64,000 nt of DNA. Source: Macrostomum lignano. Taxonomy: Eukaryota. Below the pieces are notes generated by a model. That model was given only the letters and a program-made list of their open reading frames with translations. It searched no databases and was not told where the DNA came from. The translations under genes and the position numbers were made by a program. This document shows positions 16,301-31,300 of this stretch, piece after piece; within the stretch, counting starts at the first letter, position 1, and each line of letters opens with the position of its first letter. The stretch is from contig NIVC01000332.1 of the NCBI GenBank assembly GCA_002269645.1, forward strand, positions 35,218-99,217. Direction: 5' to 3'.

Positions 16301-19300
16301 CCTACCTGGATTATCCCGTCGCTACTCAAACTCCTCTCTATTATTTTTTCCACAAAACGTCAAAAGATTGACGACTGCAGCGCCAACTACTCATTCAGAA
16401 ATTATAAATCCTTGATGCGGAAAGTGAATCAAGCATGCAGCCGGTTACTGTATATACGGCAAGTAAAGAGGGAAGAGAGAGGCCAAGCGACTTCCTTCCT
16501 ACTGGGGAAGATTCCCAGCAAACAGCTGACAGTGCGGCCCTCTTGTAGAGAGCTTTCGTGAGCACCTTTACTTTAAAAGCGCCTACTGGATTTGACATGT
16601 CCGTTCTATTGTAAAGCAGTTTGACTTTAGTCAAGTAGGCACCTTCTGAAACCTCCCATTTTGTATGGCTAATCGCTGTAAGCATATATATTCGCTATTT
16701 TTAAGACTACTCTTGTCGGCAAGACTCTCTGATCGCATGTCTTATAAATATTAATCAATAACTATTTTTATCATTAAATTTGTCGGTAGGCACAAAAATA
16801 ACTATGGGTAGAGATACATTGAACCTTGGGGAGAACAGAAGAGAGAAAAAAAAGAGCGGGGGAAGGAAAGGAAAGGGAAAGAAGTCAAGAGCTAAGCAAG
16901 AGAGAGACAGACAGTAATAGAAAATCTAAGGAAATAACAAAACGGTGTGTTATATGTAGACAAGTTCTGAATGCCTAAACACACTGAGGACAAGCAGAGA
17001 GACCAAAGCGGCCGACTTGATTGGCACAAGAGGGAAGAGAGAGAGAGGGGGGTGAGACTTTGAGAGCGCAAATAGATTTCTAATTTTCTTCTAGGTCGCA
17101 AAAGCAATCATCGCCGCTACGGGCCGCATAAATTCTGGGAGAAAAATCCCCCAAAACCCCTTAGATACTGCACTGCTCCGCTCCACCGCTATTCCTTTAA
17201 CGATAAGACAAGCTCGCCCCGCCCAGCCGAACAAATGTTTGTGTCCTCAGAATCCCTCATCTTACCCTTTATCCCCCTGCCGTAGCCTCTGCGGCGAGGG
17301 CGGAGCTGAAACATTCTTTACTTGAAGCGTCAAGGAAGGCGCTATTAAAATAAAAAGGAAGTTAAACAACCCAGCAGTGCCTGACATACAGTTGAACATT
17401 TCTCGTCGGGCAAATATTTCTGGCCCGTAGCCAGTAGCGCAACACCTCTACCACACGAACACTCTCTTTTTCTCGATAAGAAACAGACATCACCGCTTTT
17501 TTATTTTAGAGAGAAAAAATTTCAAATCTTTCACAAAGAGGATTCGAAATTGCGAACCAGCAACAAAAAAGTCCGAATTGCCAGTAATTAGACAGGGGTG
17601 TGGAGAGAGGGGGTAAGTTCGGTGCAGGGGCACTTAAGGGGATTCAGAAGTTGCAAAGATATATACTCTCCCATCAGAGGGTGCGGCACAGAAGCTACGG
17701 TATGGATAGCCAATCCCCAATTGGGCTGACCCGAACGGAGCAGAGCAATTTCAGCTTGAGCAATTTTTGTTGATTTCCGATTTATCCACGAAGACAAACT
17801 TACCAACGCACGCAACACAACAATAATCACGCACACTGTGTAGGAGGGAACGCATCAAAAGAGGATGGAAGTCGTACTAGCCCAACCCAACACAAAACCC
17901 GCTCTGTCCCCAGGGAATTCTGCTTTGAAGTAACAGAACCCACGACCGCTGCTTAGTACGGTACCATATATATAAAACTTTGGTGAGCTTAATATGAACC
18001 TCAATACTCAAGACGCGACTCGTTTTAATAATCGGAGCATAGCATGTCGACATGTCGACCAGGGGACGGCAGACTCCGGCCAGCAAAAAATCTCTTCTCA
18101 GCGCTCTTCTCTCTAATCTTAACTAATCTCTCTTCTCTCATCCTTCTCCTCTCCTCCTATCTCCTATCTTATTCTCTCTATATCCCCTCCTCCGTCCCGC
18201 AGTCATGCTCTAGACTCTCTATCTGGCCCTTGAGGTAAAAAAGTTTGCCGGCCCCTAGTGTAGACTGTATTATTACCGTCTGTTTTTGCACTTTATTATT
18301 GGCCCCGTGTGGGGCATAAGGAAAAGGAGCGGAGGGTAGGAGCGAAGCATCTCTCCGCCTCAATCTCGGGTCATAAATTCTCCGCCCAATTTCTCTCTCT
18401 CTCTCTCTCAGCTCAGCCCACTTCCTCCGGTCCATAATGGTCCAGCAGGGAATTGAGCACTCTTAAAGCTGGAGGTCAGTAGGGAAATTTGGCAGACAGA
18501 GAAACAGAATTGAGAAGGGCAAAAGATTAAGCCCAAGATGAAGTGCACCCAACGGGAAAAGCATTTATAATCTGAGCTTCACATCTGCTAGCCCCACCCG
18601 CCTGCACACGCATACGAATTCTAAAACACACTTAAAAATCAAGAATATAAAATTAGAAAGCTGGAAACACAAAAGGAAACTAATAAAATGGAGGCCAGAC
18701 TCTTTGCATCCTCAAAATTCAAAGAGCAACAGGCAGACAACCTGGCAAAACAGACAGACACCATGATAAAACGGACAAACACCTGGATAGAACAAAAATA
18801 CACTCTGATGGACACGCAGATAGAAAAAACAGACAAGCAGATAGAACAGACAGACACGCAGATAGAACAGACAGACAAGCAGAAAGAACAGACAGACAAG
18901 CAGATAGAACAGACAGACAAGCAGATAGAACAGACAGACACGCAGATAGAACAGACAGACAAGCAGAAAGAACAGACAGACAAGCAGATAGAACAGACAG
19001 ACAAGCAGATAGAACAGAGACACGCACATAGACCAGACGGACACTCAGATAGACCAGACAGACAAGCAGAAAGAACAGACAGACAAGCAGATAGAACAGA
19101 CAGAGACGCAGATAGAACAGACAGACAAGCAGATAGAACAGACAGACAAGCAGAAAGAACAGACAGACAAGCAGATAGAACAGACAGACACGCAGATAGA
19201 ACAGACAGACAAGCAGAAAGAACAGACAGACAAGCAGATAGAACAGACAGACAAGCAGATAGAACAGACAGACAAGCAGATAGAACAGAGACACGCACAT

Positions 19301-22300
19301 AGACCAGACGGACACTCAGATAGACCAGACAGACAAGCAGAAAGAACAGACAGACAAGCAGATAGAACAGACAGAGACGCAGATAGAACAGACAGACAAG
19401 CAGATAGAACAGACAGACAAGCAGAAAGAACAGACAGACAAGCAGATAGAACAGACAGACAAGCAGATAGAACAGACAGACAAGCAGATAGACCAGACGG
19501 ACACTCAGATAGACCAGACGGACACTCAGATAGAACAGACATACAGATAGACCAGACAGACACAGATAGAACAGACAGACACCTAGACAGAACAGACACA
19601 GATAGAACAGACAGACACCTAGACAGAACAGACACAGATAGAACAGACAGACACATAGAAAGAACAGACACAGATAGAACAGACAGACACATAGATAGAA
19701 CAGACACAGATAGAACAGACAGACATACAGATAGACCAGACAGACACAGATAGAACAGACAGACACCGAGACAGAACAGACACAGATAGAACAGACAGAC
19801 ACCTAGACAGAACAGACACAGATAGAACAGACAGACACATAGAAAGAACAGACACAGATAGAACAGACAGACACATAGATAGAACAGACACAGATAGAAC
19901 AGACAGACACCTAGACAGAGCAGACACAGATAGAACAGACAGACACCCAGATAGAACAGAAAGACACAAATAGAACAGACAAAAAACAGACCGATACTCA
20001 CATACAAAAGAACATGCAAAGAAAAACGGACACAGAAGAATCACTCGCAGACAGAAGGTGACCATAAAGTGAATCATAAATATAATTAACCCTGTAGCGA
20101 ACAGCTGGACAGTCCAAAGTAGGGAGTAACAGAAAGACCAAATGGGAAAGTATATCTATGCATACAAACACAAAACTAAAGTGGATTAAGACAGTTCTAA
20201 GCAATTTTTTCTCCAATCCCAGAAGAAAGCAGATTCCGGGCGAGACAGAAGGCGGCCTCTGCATTAAAACAGTGGCACACAGAAGCAACAGAGAAACAGA
20301 TAGATAGACAGATAGCTAGATTTAATTAACTTCCCAATCGCCCGCTGTTTCTTTTTCATTCTCAGGCAATGGTTTCTTTTGATATTATATATAATATGAA
20401 AGTAACGAAAGATTATTATTACAATAAGGCAGAGTCAAAGTCAACCAGAACTGGCAAAAAGTGACAGTGACTGGAGACTGTGGGAACGGCAGAAATAGGA
20501 TAGCACAATATATGTTTATACATACTGTATGTTTGTGTATAGAGAAAAGCACACAGAGAAGCCGACACAGTAGCTGAAAAATAACACTTAGAGAAAATCA
20601 ACATATTCTTTGTATACATCAAACCAGTTAAGTTCATTTGAACCAGTCAGTCAACTGCTGTAACCGAAGCCACCAGATATTGAATGCATTCTAGTTGAAG
20701 TTTTAGCTACTAAAAATTTTACCTACTACTAGAAATAAGTATTGCTATGCAGCTAATAGACTAAATATAACCATCATTAAATGTCGTATAAACGAAGTAC
20801 ATAAATAATAACAATCCTCAGACCCTCAAGTGCCTCAGAGATCAATCTCACAGTTTACCTACAGCTATAGAGCTTACAGACAGTGCAGAACGCAGATCAG
20901 TCAAAACAGCAAACCAGCTCCTGTCTGATTTACCTGTCTGCCTTATTGTTGTCTTGCTGTTTTCATTTGAGTCTCTTTTATTAGTATTATTATTAAACAG
21001 TTCAATCTTAATCGCTGCCAGATTCTCACTATTCTCCTATAAATAGCGACTAACTACAGACACTTTATGAATCACGGGTTGGTAAACTTTTTACTTTAAG
21101 GGCCAGATAAGGAATCTGGATCATTGCTGCAGGCCAGATGAGAGTGGAAAAAAGATGGGATGGGGGAGAGAAGAGAAGAAATGTGAGGAGATGAGATGAG
21201 AGGAGAGAGTAGATGAGAGAAAAGAGAAAAGAGAGAGGAGAGAATTGAAAAGAGACACCAACCTTGAGCGGGCTGGATTGTTATTGTGAAGTTTCAAACG
21301 ACCCAAGGGCTGGATAGAGAGGCTTCGCGGGCCGGGGTTTGCCAACCCCCGCTTTAAATGCGGATAGTTGGCCTAACAGGTTGCAGCTCTATGAACTCGC
21401 CCCCCCCCCCACGGCGCCAATTTTAGTGCGCACGAGGCCCAAAAAGGAATGTGACTGCGCACGAAATCGAACCAGGGGTCGCGGCGCGAGAGCCAGACGC
21501 GTTCACCACTGAGCTTCTCTGTCCTCTTATTATCCCGAATTTTCAGGTTGGTCCAGGATGCCAAGAATGAAGAAAAAACTATTACGGGAGTTCCAAGATT
21601 CCTACATCGGCTCATAGAGCCTGTATGATGCATCAGTAATCTTTAATAACGCATTTTCCTAAGATAAAACACATTTGTCCCGTCTGGATTCTTATCCCAT
21701 ATTATTACAATATCATTTTCTCATATAGCTAACCAATCAATGCGGCTTCAATTCTTCCCAGACCCAGATCTAAAAAGCTAAAGTAGAAGAGCCTTAGTAG
21801 AAGATCTGGAACTAACTAATTCAGACTAGCTGGCTGCCTGCGAGATCGGAGGCTGGAGTATAGCGACTAGCTACACACACTACGCGCGCTGAGCCTGTGC
21901 GCTTTTTGCCCGCTTCTCCCTCTGGATAGACAGAGGAACAGAGAGCGAGAGAGAAAGAGAGCTACTGCTTCTAGGAGAGAGGGCGAGTAGAAGCAGATGG
22001 GACAGAGAGAACAGAGAGAACGGCCCCTGGGTTGGAGATTTGGGATTTGACGGCGGCTGGCAGGGGTTGAGATAGAGAAAGATTCCAGGGAATTGGGAGA
22101 ATAAGGGGAGTGGGGGAGTGCACACGGGACCAAGCGGATGAGCTGGGGCAAGGCGAGACTGCAGCGACGGAGCTCCACCGCTGTCGCTCGCCTAGAAATA
22201 TTTTTGTCCCTGAATTGAGTTGAGCTCCCCGTTAAGCACAGACTATTGCGGTTGGCCGCACGCTTCAATCCAGCTTCAGCTATATCCATACGCATGCTTA

Positions 22301-25300
22301 GTAGCGAATGCAAACACAGTTGCGGCTTTTTACATAAATTTATCTGTAGGCACGCTGCGCGATCAGCAAGCCGGGCCAGACAGAAATTCGGTATGGGCAA
22401 TGGCCTAGCGGCCATATAATAAGTACTTTTAATAGCCATATTATCCTTGCGCCTGTTAACAATGGATCAGTTCTATGGGAAAATTTAAATGGCGATTCCT
22501 CGATGAAAGAAATTAAAAGACAATTTCTTCCGGGGGGGGGATTTGAGAGGCGATTTTTATTTAAGGGAATTTAAGGAGCGATTCTTGTATGGGGGAATTT
22601 AACAGGCGATTTTTTTTTCTAGGGAAATTTAAAGTCGATTATTTCCTAAGGGAATTTAAGGGGCGATTTTTTCCTAGGGAAATTTAAAGCCGATTATTTC
22701 CTAAGGGAATTTAGAGGCGATTTTTTCCTAGGGAAATTTAAAGTCGATTATTTCCCAAGGGAATATAAGGGGCGATTCATGGATGGGGGAATTTAAAGGG
22801 CGATTTTTTCCTAGAGGAATTTATATTTAAGGGGCGATTTTTCCTAGGGAAATTTAAGGGGCGATTTTTCCTAGGGAAATTTAAGGGGTGATTTTCCCTA
22901 GGGAAATTTAGGGGTGATTTTCCCTAGGGAAATTTAAGGGGTGATTTTCCCTAGGGAAATTTAAAGGGGGATTTTTCTCTGAAGAGAATTCAAGGGGCGA
23001 TTACGAACGATTTATCTCTGAGGGAGTTAAAATAACCAGGCGCTCTTTGCATAGGACATTCAAGGTCAATTTTTAAAGAGAATACCCCGATACTAAATCT
23101 TTAATCAACTCACCAGAAATGACCGAGTACGCCAGCTGACCACTCCGTCCCGAGTCCAAATCGAATGCGTAAACCTGCAACAGCGGATAGCCCGGCCGAG
23201 CGTTGGCAAGGACGCTAGCGCTTAGCAACGCCGGCTCCTGAGGCGATCGGGACATTTTATTAAGCGCCTCAGCCTGGTACTGGCGCTGAGCTATGCTAGC
23301 ACCGGCTGGCAGGTCGGGCAGTGACGGCCTGGCAGTCACCACAACAGGATAGTGCTCATTCTCATTTGTCACAGTGACAATCACCCTGGCCAGGCTGAAT
23401 CGCCTATCAGTAGAATAGGAATCCACCGCTCGGACAAGCAGCTCGTGGATGCCGGCCGATTCGTGATTTAGCGGCGGCGACGGCGGCGGCATGGCGGCCA
23501 GGCGGCCGGTGAGCGGCTCGAGGCTGAAATGATCCAAGCTGGCCGACTGAGCGGCGCTAACCAGGCTGTACTGGAGGTGGCCAGTAGGTCCCGGATCCGG
23601 ATCAGTTGCAAACACCTGCAGCAGCTGAAGATTGGCGCCTTCGGTAACGGATGTATCGTACACTGGCTTGCTGAACATTGGCGAATTCCGGTTGGACTGA
23701 GACACTAGCAGTAGCAGCTGTGTGCGGGTGGGTGAGGGTGTACTTTTAGCAATATTAATTTTTACTGTTACTTAGTATAGAAACAGGGGGTTCTTCCACC
23801 CAAATCAGGATAGCCGTTTTTTACACCAGGTACTATTGATGTCTAAAAGTACTCTCAGATCCTCATTTGTAAGGACTCGAAATCCCTATGAGACAGATCC
23901 GGCCTCATTTGTAGGGACTCAAAATCCCTATGAGTCAGATCCTCATTTGTAGGGACTCAAAATTTCAATGAGTCTGAGATCCTCATTTGTAGGTACTCAA
24001 AATCCCTCTGAGCTCTTTATTGGTAGGGACTCGAAATCCCTCTCAGATACTCATTTGTAAGGACTCGAAATCCTTCTGAGATCCTCACTTGTAGGGACTC
24101 GAAATCCCTCTCAGATCCTCATTTTTAAGGCCGTATTTTTTATATGCTTACTGCTCATAGTTTTGGCAATTGAGGAAATTATAATGTTTCCGTTTGGGAT
24201 TAATTCTGTCCAACAGTCCAAAAAGTACTTTTATTTATATAGCATTTATAATTATTAATAGTGGATGACTTAGAAGTACCCAATGAGTGGGACTGAGCTT
24301 CGCCTAAAAAAGCCAGGAAAAAACTACCCCACTGTTGAGTGGCTTCTGCCTTACTCAAAAAGCGAGTACGCGCCCTCTCAGTAGAAATTTATCACCACAA
24401 CAGACGCTGTAAAGTTATCAAGCGCCGGGCACAGTGCATGGCAGCTAAGAGCTGTAGAGCTAATACATAAATTATTAATTAAATTGGCACAGACAAAAAC
24501 GTCTACCGCCGCACTAGCCAGGCTCACCCCCCCTCCAGGAAACTAGCCTTTATAATAGCTAGTATTCACATTTAACTGCGCACAATCAATCAAGCTTTAA
24601 CTGCGAGTCTTTGCGCAAATAAGTACAATTTGATTATATTCAAATTGAATGCTAAATAGAAATTAATTCTGTCAACAGAAATTGTTACTATGTAGAATTG
24701 TAGATCCTTAAAAAATCTATATAACCAGTTCTTTATAATAAGTAATTTTAGACCACAGGCTAATATGGCTAAGAGATTCAGACTAAACCTGTTTTGTTTA
24801 TACAAACTAATATATAATAATTATAGCCTGAGCAAGCATGGGAAACCAATTAGAGATCAAATTGCTAGCGACTCAATCTTCTTTTTCTTTCTCTACAACT
24901 TGTGTTAATAAAAGTACACATATCCACGGTCCCCGCCTCCTGTTGTAGTACTTTAATGTTAAGTTTTCTTTTTTCTGTCTGTCTGTCTGTCTGTCTGTCT
25001 GCCTGTTTGCCCACTCCTCTTCTGTCTGCCTGTCTGTTTCCCTACTTCAATCTGTCTGTATGCCTGTCCTTCTCCCTACTCCAGCTTTTTTGTTTATTCC
25101 TACTAATCTCTCCTTCATCTTTTAGTGTCGCTTTTATCACAAGTTTAGCCTACAGCCCCACTTAGACAGAATGCCTTTCCTTGTAACCAGCGCCGGCAGA
25201 TAGGATACGCCACATAGCTATACAGCTACAATATAAACACACGCACGGAAAAGAAATCGCTACTTAAAATGAAAAAATCGGCAGAGAACTTTCAACCCCC

Positions 25301-28300
25301 CTCTCCACTGGACGCAGCATATATAATGTAGCATTGCACTCAAATTCAATCCATTCCCTATCTGCTTATCCTTACGCCTTATTTAATTGTCCCCCCCCCT
25401 ATCTCTCCACCCATCCTCCCCAGTCTCGCCCTACGCCACCAGACCGCCGCGGCGCAATTCGATTTCACCTTGGGCTGACTAGATTGTATTCCGAATCCAC
25501 TATATCCTAAGCCTATCGAATGCCTTTATAAGGCAGTTCGAGTGCTTTACCTATGCTACCACCTATAGCTGGTCTATAGCACTATCCTGGTCTATAGCTA
25601 AGGCAATGCGGCAACGCTTTCATATAATAAAAAGCAAATATGCGCAGAATAGAGACATTGCGCGCTATTCAGGTCGGACCAACGAAATCCACGAGCAGAA
25701 TGGCACAGGGAAGGGGGTGTCTGACACACTGGGATGACTTTTACTGACTCACTCACTACCTGCAGCTGATAGCACCATGCAGCACTCTTGGATTTCTCCT
25801 GATCTCCTAAAGGTCACTTCCTTCAGTGGGAACTTATCAGTGCCTCAGGTGTTGAAGGTTATCAATGCCTTCAGTGGGACACTATCAGTGGCTCAGGTGT
25901 TAAAGGTTATCAATGCTTTCAGTGGGACACTATCAGTGCCTCAGGTGTTTAAGGTTATCAATGCTTTCAGTGGGACACTATCAGTGCCTCAGGTGTTAAA
26001 GGTTATCAATGCTTTCAGTGGGACACTATCAGTGCCTCAGGCAACATCTAGGTCATCCGGCCAGACCCCAAATTCTCCCATGCCCTTTAGCTGGGAATTT
26101 TCAAACATTCTCAAATAATCAACTCAGGTAACGCATCAATCTCACCGATTTGGTCTGCAAGCGAGCACCGAGTCTGGCGCCAACAGTGAGATTGTAAACC
26201 GCCTGACGGGCGTGGCTGAGCCGCCTGATGAGCTGCAGCCGGCCGCCAGACTGCGGCATGTAGAAATCTTCGCTGCCCCGGCCTGCAAAGCGCGATGGAG
26301 CAGACGAATGAATGAATGGTCTTAGGCTAGCGCATTGGGCAGCTGGCTAAGAAACGGCCACAGCTTTCTATTGTGTAACTGAACGATGAAAATTCGCATA
26401 AAACATAACTTTATGGCTAGCTAGAGTGCTGGATTACCCTAAGCTTGCACATTAAATAACAGCTACTGAAAATACCATACACTGTGATATACTATATAAT
26501 AAAATATAATAGGCGCAAATACGAGTATTTTTGAGTATAATTTCAACTACATATACAGAGTAGAGAATGAATATGAAGCTTTGTTAGACGATGTGGTTGA
26601 ATAAGGGATAGACTATGTGTTGGATTATGGGATAGACTATGCGTTAGAATATGGGATAGACTATGCTTTGGAATATGGGATAGACTTTGCTTTGGAATAT
26701 GGGATAGACTATGCGTTAGATTATGGGATAGACTTTGCTTTGCAATATGGGATAGACTATGCGTTAGAATATGGGATAGACTTTGCTTTGGAATATGGGA
26801 TAGACTATGCGTTAGAATATGGGATAGACTATGCTTTGAAATATGGGATAGACTTTGCTTTGGAATATGGGATAGACTTTGCTTTGGAATATGGGATAGA
26901 CTTTGCTTTGGAATATGGGATAGACTTTGCTTTGAAATATGGAATAGACTATGCTTTGGAATATGGAATAGACTTTGCTTTGGAATATGGGATAGACTTT
27001 GCTTTGGAATATGGGATAGACTTTGCTTTGAAATATGGAATAGACTATGCTTTGGAATATGGAATAGACTTTGCTTTGGAATATGGAATAGACTATGCTT
27101 TGGAATATGGGATAGACTTTGCTTTGAAATATGGAATAGACTATGCTTTGGAATATGGAATAGACTTTGCTTTGGAATATGGAATAGACTTTGCTTTGGA
27201 ATATGGGATAGACTATGCTTTGGAATATGGGATAGACTTTGCTTTGGAATATGGGATAGACTTTGCTTTGAAATATGGAATAGACTATGCTTTGGAATAT
27301 GGGATAGACTTTGCTTTGAAATATGGAATAGACTATGCTTTGGAATATGGGATAGACTTTGCTTTGGAATAAGGGATAGACTTTGCTTTGGAATATGGGA
27401 TAGACTTTGCTTTGGAATATGGGATAGACTTTGCTTTGGAATATGGGATAGACTTTGCTTTGGAATAAGGGATAGACTTTGCTTTGGAATATGGGATAGA
27501 CTTTGCTTTGGAATATGGGATAGACTATGCGTTAGAATATGGGATAGACTTTGCTTTGGAATATGGGATAGACTTTGCTTTGGAATAAGGGATAGACTTT
27601 GCTTTGGAATATGGGATAGACTTTGCTTTGGAATATGGGATAGACTTTGCTTTGGAATATGGGATAGACTATGCTTTGGAATATGGGATAGCCTGTCAGG
27701 TAAAAGATGAATTAGATGTCAGTATAGATAGGTATAAGAAATCTTCACAAACTCACCAGTGAGAGTAAACAGCATTTTAGTTGCCATGGTAACAGCCGGT
27801 GTGACCAACAATCTCGGCACGCTGTCCTCCAGCGCCAGATTGTCGAACAATCGGACAACCGCATCGGCGCCGTCCTCGCCGGAGACATCAATTTGAAACA
27901 AGTCGACAGCCGTGCCAGCGTCGGGCTCCGGCAAAGTCGGCTGCTGCTGCTCGATCGTCAGCTTGACAGAAGCCATCGCTGACAGCTCCAGCCTGCCGGC
28001 GTCCTTAGCAACCACGGTGAATGTCATCATATTGGAACCGACGCCAGTATCTAATCTGAGCAGCCTGCGAGAGATGCTCAATTCGCCTGTAGATTTAGAG
28101 ATTCGAACCCCGGACCCAGACGGCTGCAGCGAGTACAGAATGGTGGCATTTTCTAGCAGGTCCTTGTCGACGGCTGGCAGGCGAGTCAGCAGGACTTGCT
28201 CGTCATCTGAGGGCGGCAGGCAAATGTTTAAAGTACACGTGCACTAATAGGGCCCCATAGAGTGGCATGGAGGCATTCCTTATTAAATTAGCGTATTACC

Positions 28301-31300
28301 ACCGGCTTAGTAGATGTCTCAATGGCAATAAAAGTTGGGCATCAGCTGTTCCAGAGGGAACTAAAAAGCCTTCTAGTGATCAATCATTTCCCAGTCCCAT
28401 CTAAGCATCTGTGACAGATTAAATTAACTTAATCCAATAATTATTAATGCAGTAGGTAGAGTGGAAGGCGCAGGATCGCATTTGAGCCATCATCGGCATC
28501 ATCCAATTAACTCTCACCGTTTGACGTCCCCTCAGCTGAGCTGTCAGCAATAGCCGTGACCTGGAACAGCGGCCGTACAAACTTAGGCGGTGAATCGTTT
28601 AAATCCGATACGGCAATCTCCACTAGCAGGTCGGTGCTGAGAGGCGGCGCGCCCCGGTCAGCGAGGCTGACAGTCAGCAGGAATTGGTCGGCTACTTCGC
28701 GATCAACTGCCAATTCTGTTGTTGTCAACCGGCCTAGAGGTGTGAGAGACACAATAGGACACAATTTAGCTTGACGTCGTGCAAAGTATATACAAACACC
28801 TTATAAAATTATGACAGGTGTTTTATTATTAGCGAAACAATTAGCACCTTTTCAAGCAGCTGCATAGTTATGTGCTAGTTTTCACACTAGTACTAATGAG
28901 ATAAGCTCAGATATTCTCACCTGTCTCAGGTTCGATACGAAAATGTCCCGCAGTATTGCCGTCGGTAATGGCATAAACTATGCTGGCATTGTCGCCCAGA
29001 TCCTGGTCCATAGCCGGTATGCTGCTAAGCAGTACAGTGCCGGCCGGAGCGGCCTCCACCAGCTGCAGCCTGTAGTGCGTCTGCTCAGTTGGCATCGGTC
29101 GATAGTCATTCACATCCTCTAGGTTGATGTACACCTGGCAGATTGAGATCTTCTCCTCGGCGTGGGTGACCACGGTCTGGCCGGCCAGCAGATAGGCGTG
29201 CACTGTGAGCCACAAGCCGGCCGGCTGGCTCTCCCTGTCCAGCGGAATTCTAGTGCGAATCTCGCCTGTTGGTGAGTCGTGACGAAAACATTATGCGGCG
29301 GGGTAAACGGCGGGAGCAACTATGACAAAATTCCACGTCATCTAATTAGATCACAATTTATGTTTATCGATTTATGCAATCAATGAAAAATTGCGCTAAT
29401 AACTGCAGAAAAGGACTTTCTAAACCACGCCCAAAATATGGGACTTGTAGATTATTTTTGCTGCTTTTTCTTTCGTTTTTTGTGCAAAGTACATACAGTA
29501 TACCCGACTAACGAATAAGTGCTGTAGAAATTTCGTTAGTAAAAGTACAAAGCCAGCCGGCTATACGAGGTACAACCTTGCGGAATCCGCAACGGTGTTG
29601 ACTACCCTTTCCCTTGGGCTGCCCCGCCTAACCCACCCGACCCCCCCCCCCCTAAAGACGCCGCAGCGCTAACGTGCAAGATCCAGTCGATCTGATTTCA
29701 TTTGCCATGCAGAGCGACTCGGGCGCTCTTTTGGGGATGAAAAATAGACAATAATCAGCCTTAGCGCCCATTAGCTTTTGCCCTATACCATGGACTATTT
29801 TTATATTTTTAAGGGTAGTCAAGGGAATTACCCCCTAGGAAAATTAAGACCAAAATGGGAATGCACTAGGTGAGAGGTGCTTAGCATTAACAGGAAATTA
29901 AGCGCCATACGTTTCTAATTGACGCACGCGATTCACGCACGTAGCTGGGAGAAACAGATGTGAGGTTGTATAAAGAGAACTTACTTACGTAGGATTTTTC
30001 AAGGTCCAATGAAAACATAACAAATATTTTAGTCGTATTATGAAACTATTGTAGCAAAAGAAACAAAGAACACGGTTTAATTAACTATTACGTAGATTGT
30101 ATCGAAACAGGAGAGCTTACTTATATTAGCTACAAACTGTAGGTAAAATACAGGTGTAAAAGCTCTCTATAGTATTATTATACAGCCTGTTTTTACTAGG
30201 CCTTCCTTCCGGCAACTACCGATAGTTAATTAGTGAAGGCAGAAAGCAGAAGAGACATGCAACACAGTCTTTTTCCAGGCTATTAATGAGAAAGACCCAG
30301 GGGCAAGCAGAGCTGGAAGAGTTTTCCTGCCAACTAGCCTTTAGACACAAAATGAGGGGGCATTACTTTAGTGCTTTTAGAATTAAGAGTTTTTTTTGGT
30401 TTGAAAAAGTAAAGCCTGTCACTCAATATTTGATTTTTAATTAAATTACTAATCGTTTATCTGAATTTTGTGTATGCGAATACGTCTAAATATCCAAGTC
30501 CTTATACGAATATTTCGAATCGTACAGTATTTTCATAAATAGCAGTCGCAGATGAGAGTGAATAGACACCGATTCTGGACACCAACAGCCACCAAAACTC
30601 GCCGCCTCTCTTCAAAATGCACTCTCACGCCATTTTTTCTCTTTGTGGCCTCCTCTATAGGTTGGCTATTGCTGTTCAAGAGAAACTTTTCCGTGGAGTG
30701 GAGTTAGATGAAATTATTGATGAATGATGACGAATTTAACGAAGCATCAGACGTACAGTGAGACTGACTGAGGCAAATTTTTTGCTGACAAAATCGAAAA
30801 AGAAACACAAAAAACACCGGGTACCGGATGATGAAGGATAGATGGCTTAAGAGACCCGCAGAGAGTCGACACGCTGTCCGCGCCCTGTTGCAAATTATTG
30901 AATTCAGAGGGACGAAGGGAGCCCCACTTAATCATGCGCCCAGGCCACCATATCTACACACTGCGGTCACGCTTGCACACGTGTTACATACAGGGCCGTG
31001 GCGAAACAGCCGATAGCAATACACGATTGCTCGCTTAAGCTCGACCCCAAACCCCACCTGCAGACACGATCCGATTCTCTCAGGAGAGCCAAGCAGCAGG
31101 TCTCCGAGAATTAGGATCCCACATTTCATTCAGCTTTCTAAGGTTCTCCGAGACTAACAAGCAAACGCTATTTACTTCGGGCTTAAGCCATCGAGTTGTC
31201 ATATCTGCGTTGGTCCTTCTTACCGATTGTTATATCCAACTAACCCCCGAGGGGGGGACAAAACTGTGTTATTCTAGAGTCAATTCAAGCTATTGTGCCA

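Noticed and set aside
16235-16685. Possible LINE reverse-transcriptase remnant (KVNQACSRLLYIRQVK)
   Set aside because: Only a short, weak resemblance with no YxDD or other RT motifs; needs a tBLASTn/HMM search
18639-20077. Several overlapping long Cys/Leu-rich or EQTDKQI ORFs
   Set aside because: GACA-derived tandem repeat open in many frames on both strands
21867-22439. 190-aa minus-strand ORF in Fat intron 6
   Set aside because: Low-complexity and CT-rich, with no domain similarity or convincing splice sites
25755-25810. Candidate extra minus-strand Fat exon
   Set aside because: Not cadherin-like; exons 5 and 6 already join in phase 0 with a proper repeat
26617-27372. 251-aa (ALEYGIDF)n ORF resembling a repeat protein
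   Set aside because: The array continues past the ORF with in-frame TAA variants; no splice or UTR context
27780-27793. RFX X-box-like GTTGCCATGGTAAC
   Set aside because: Lies inside Fat coding exon 4 (VTMAT), far from any start site; chance match is plausible
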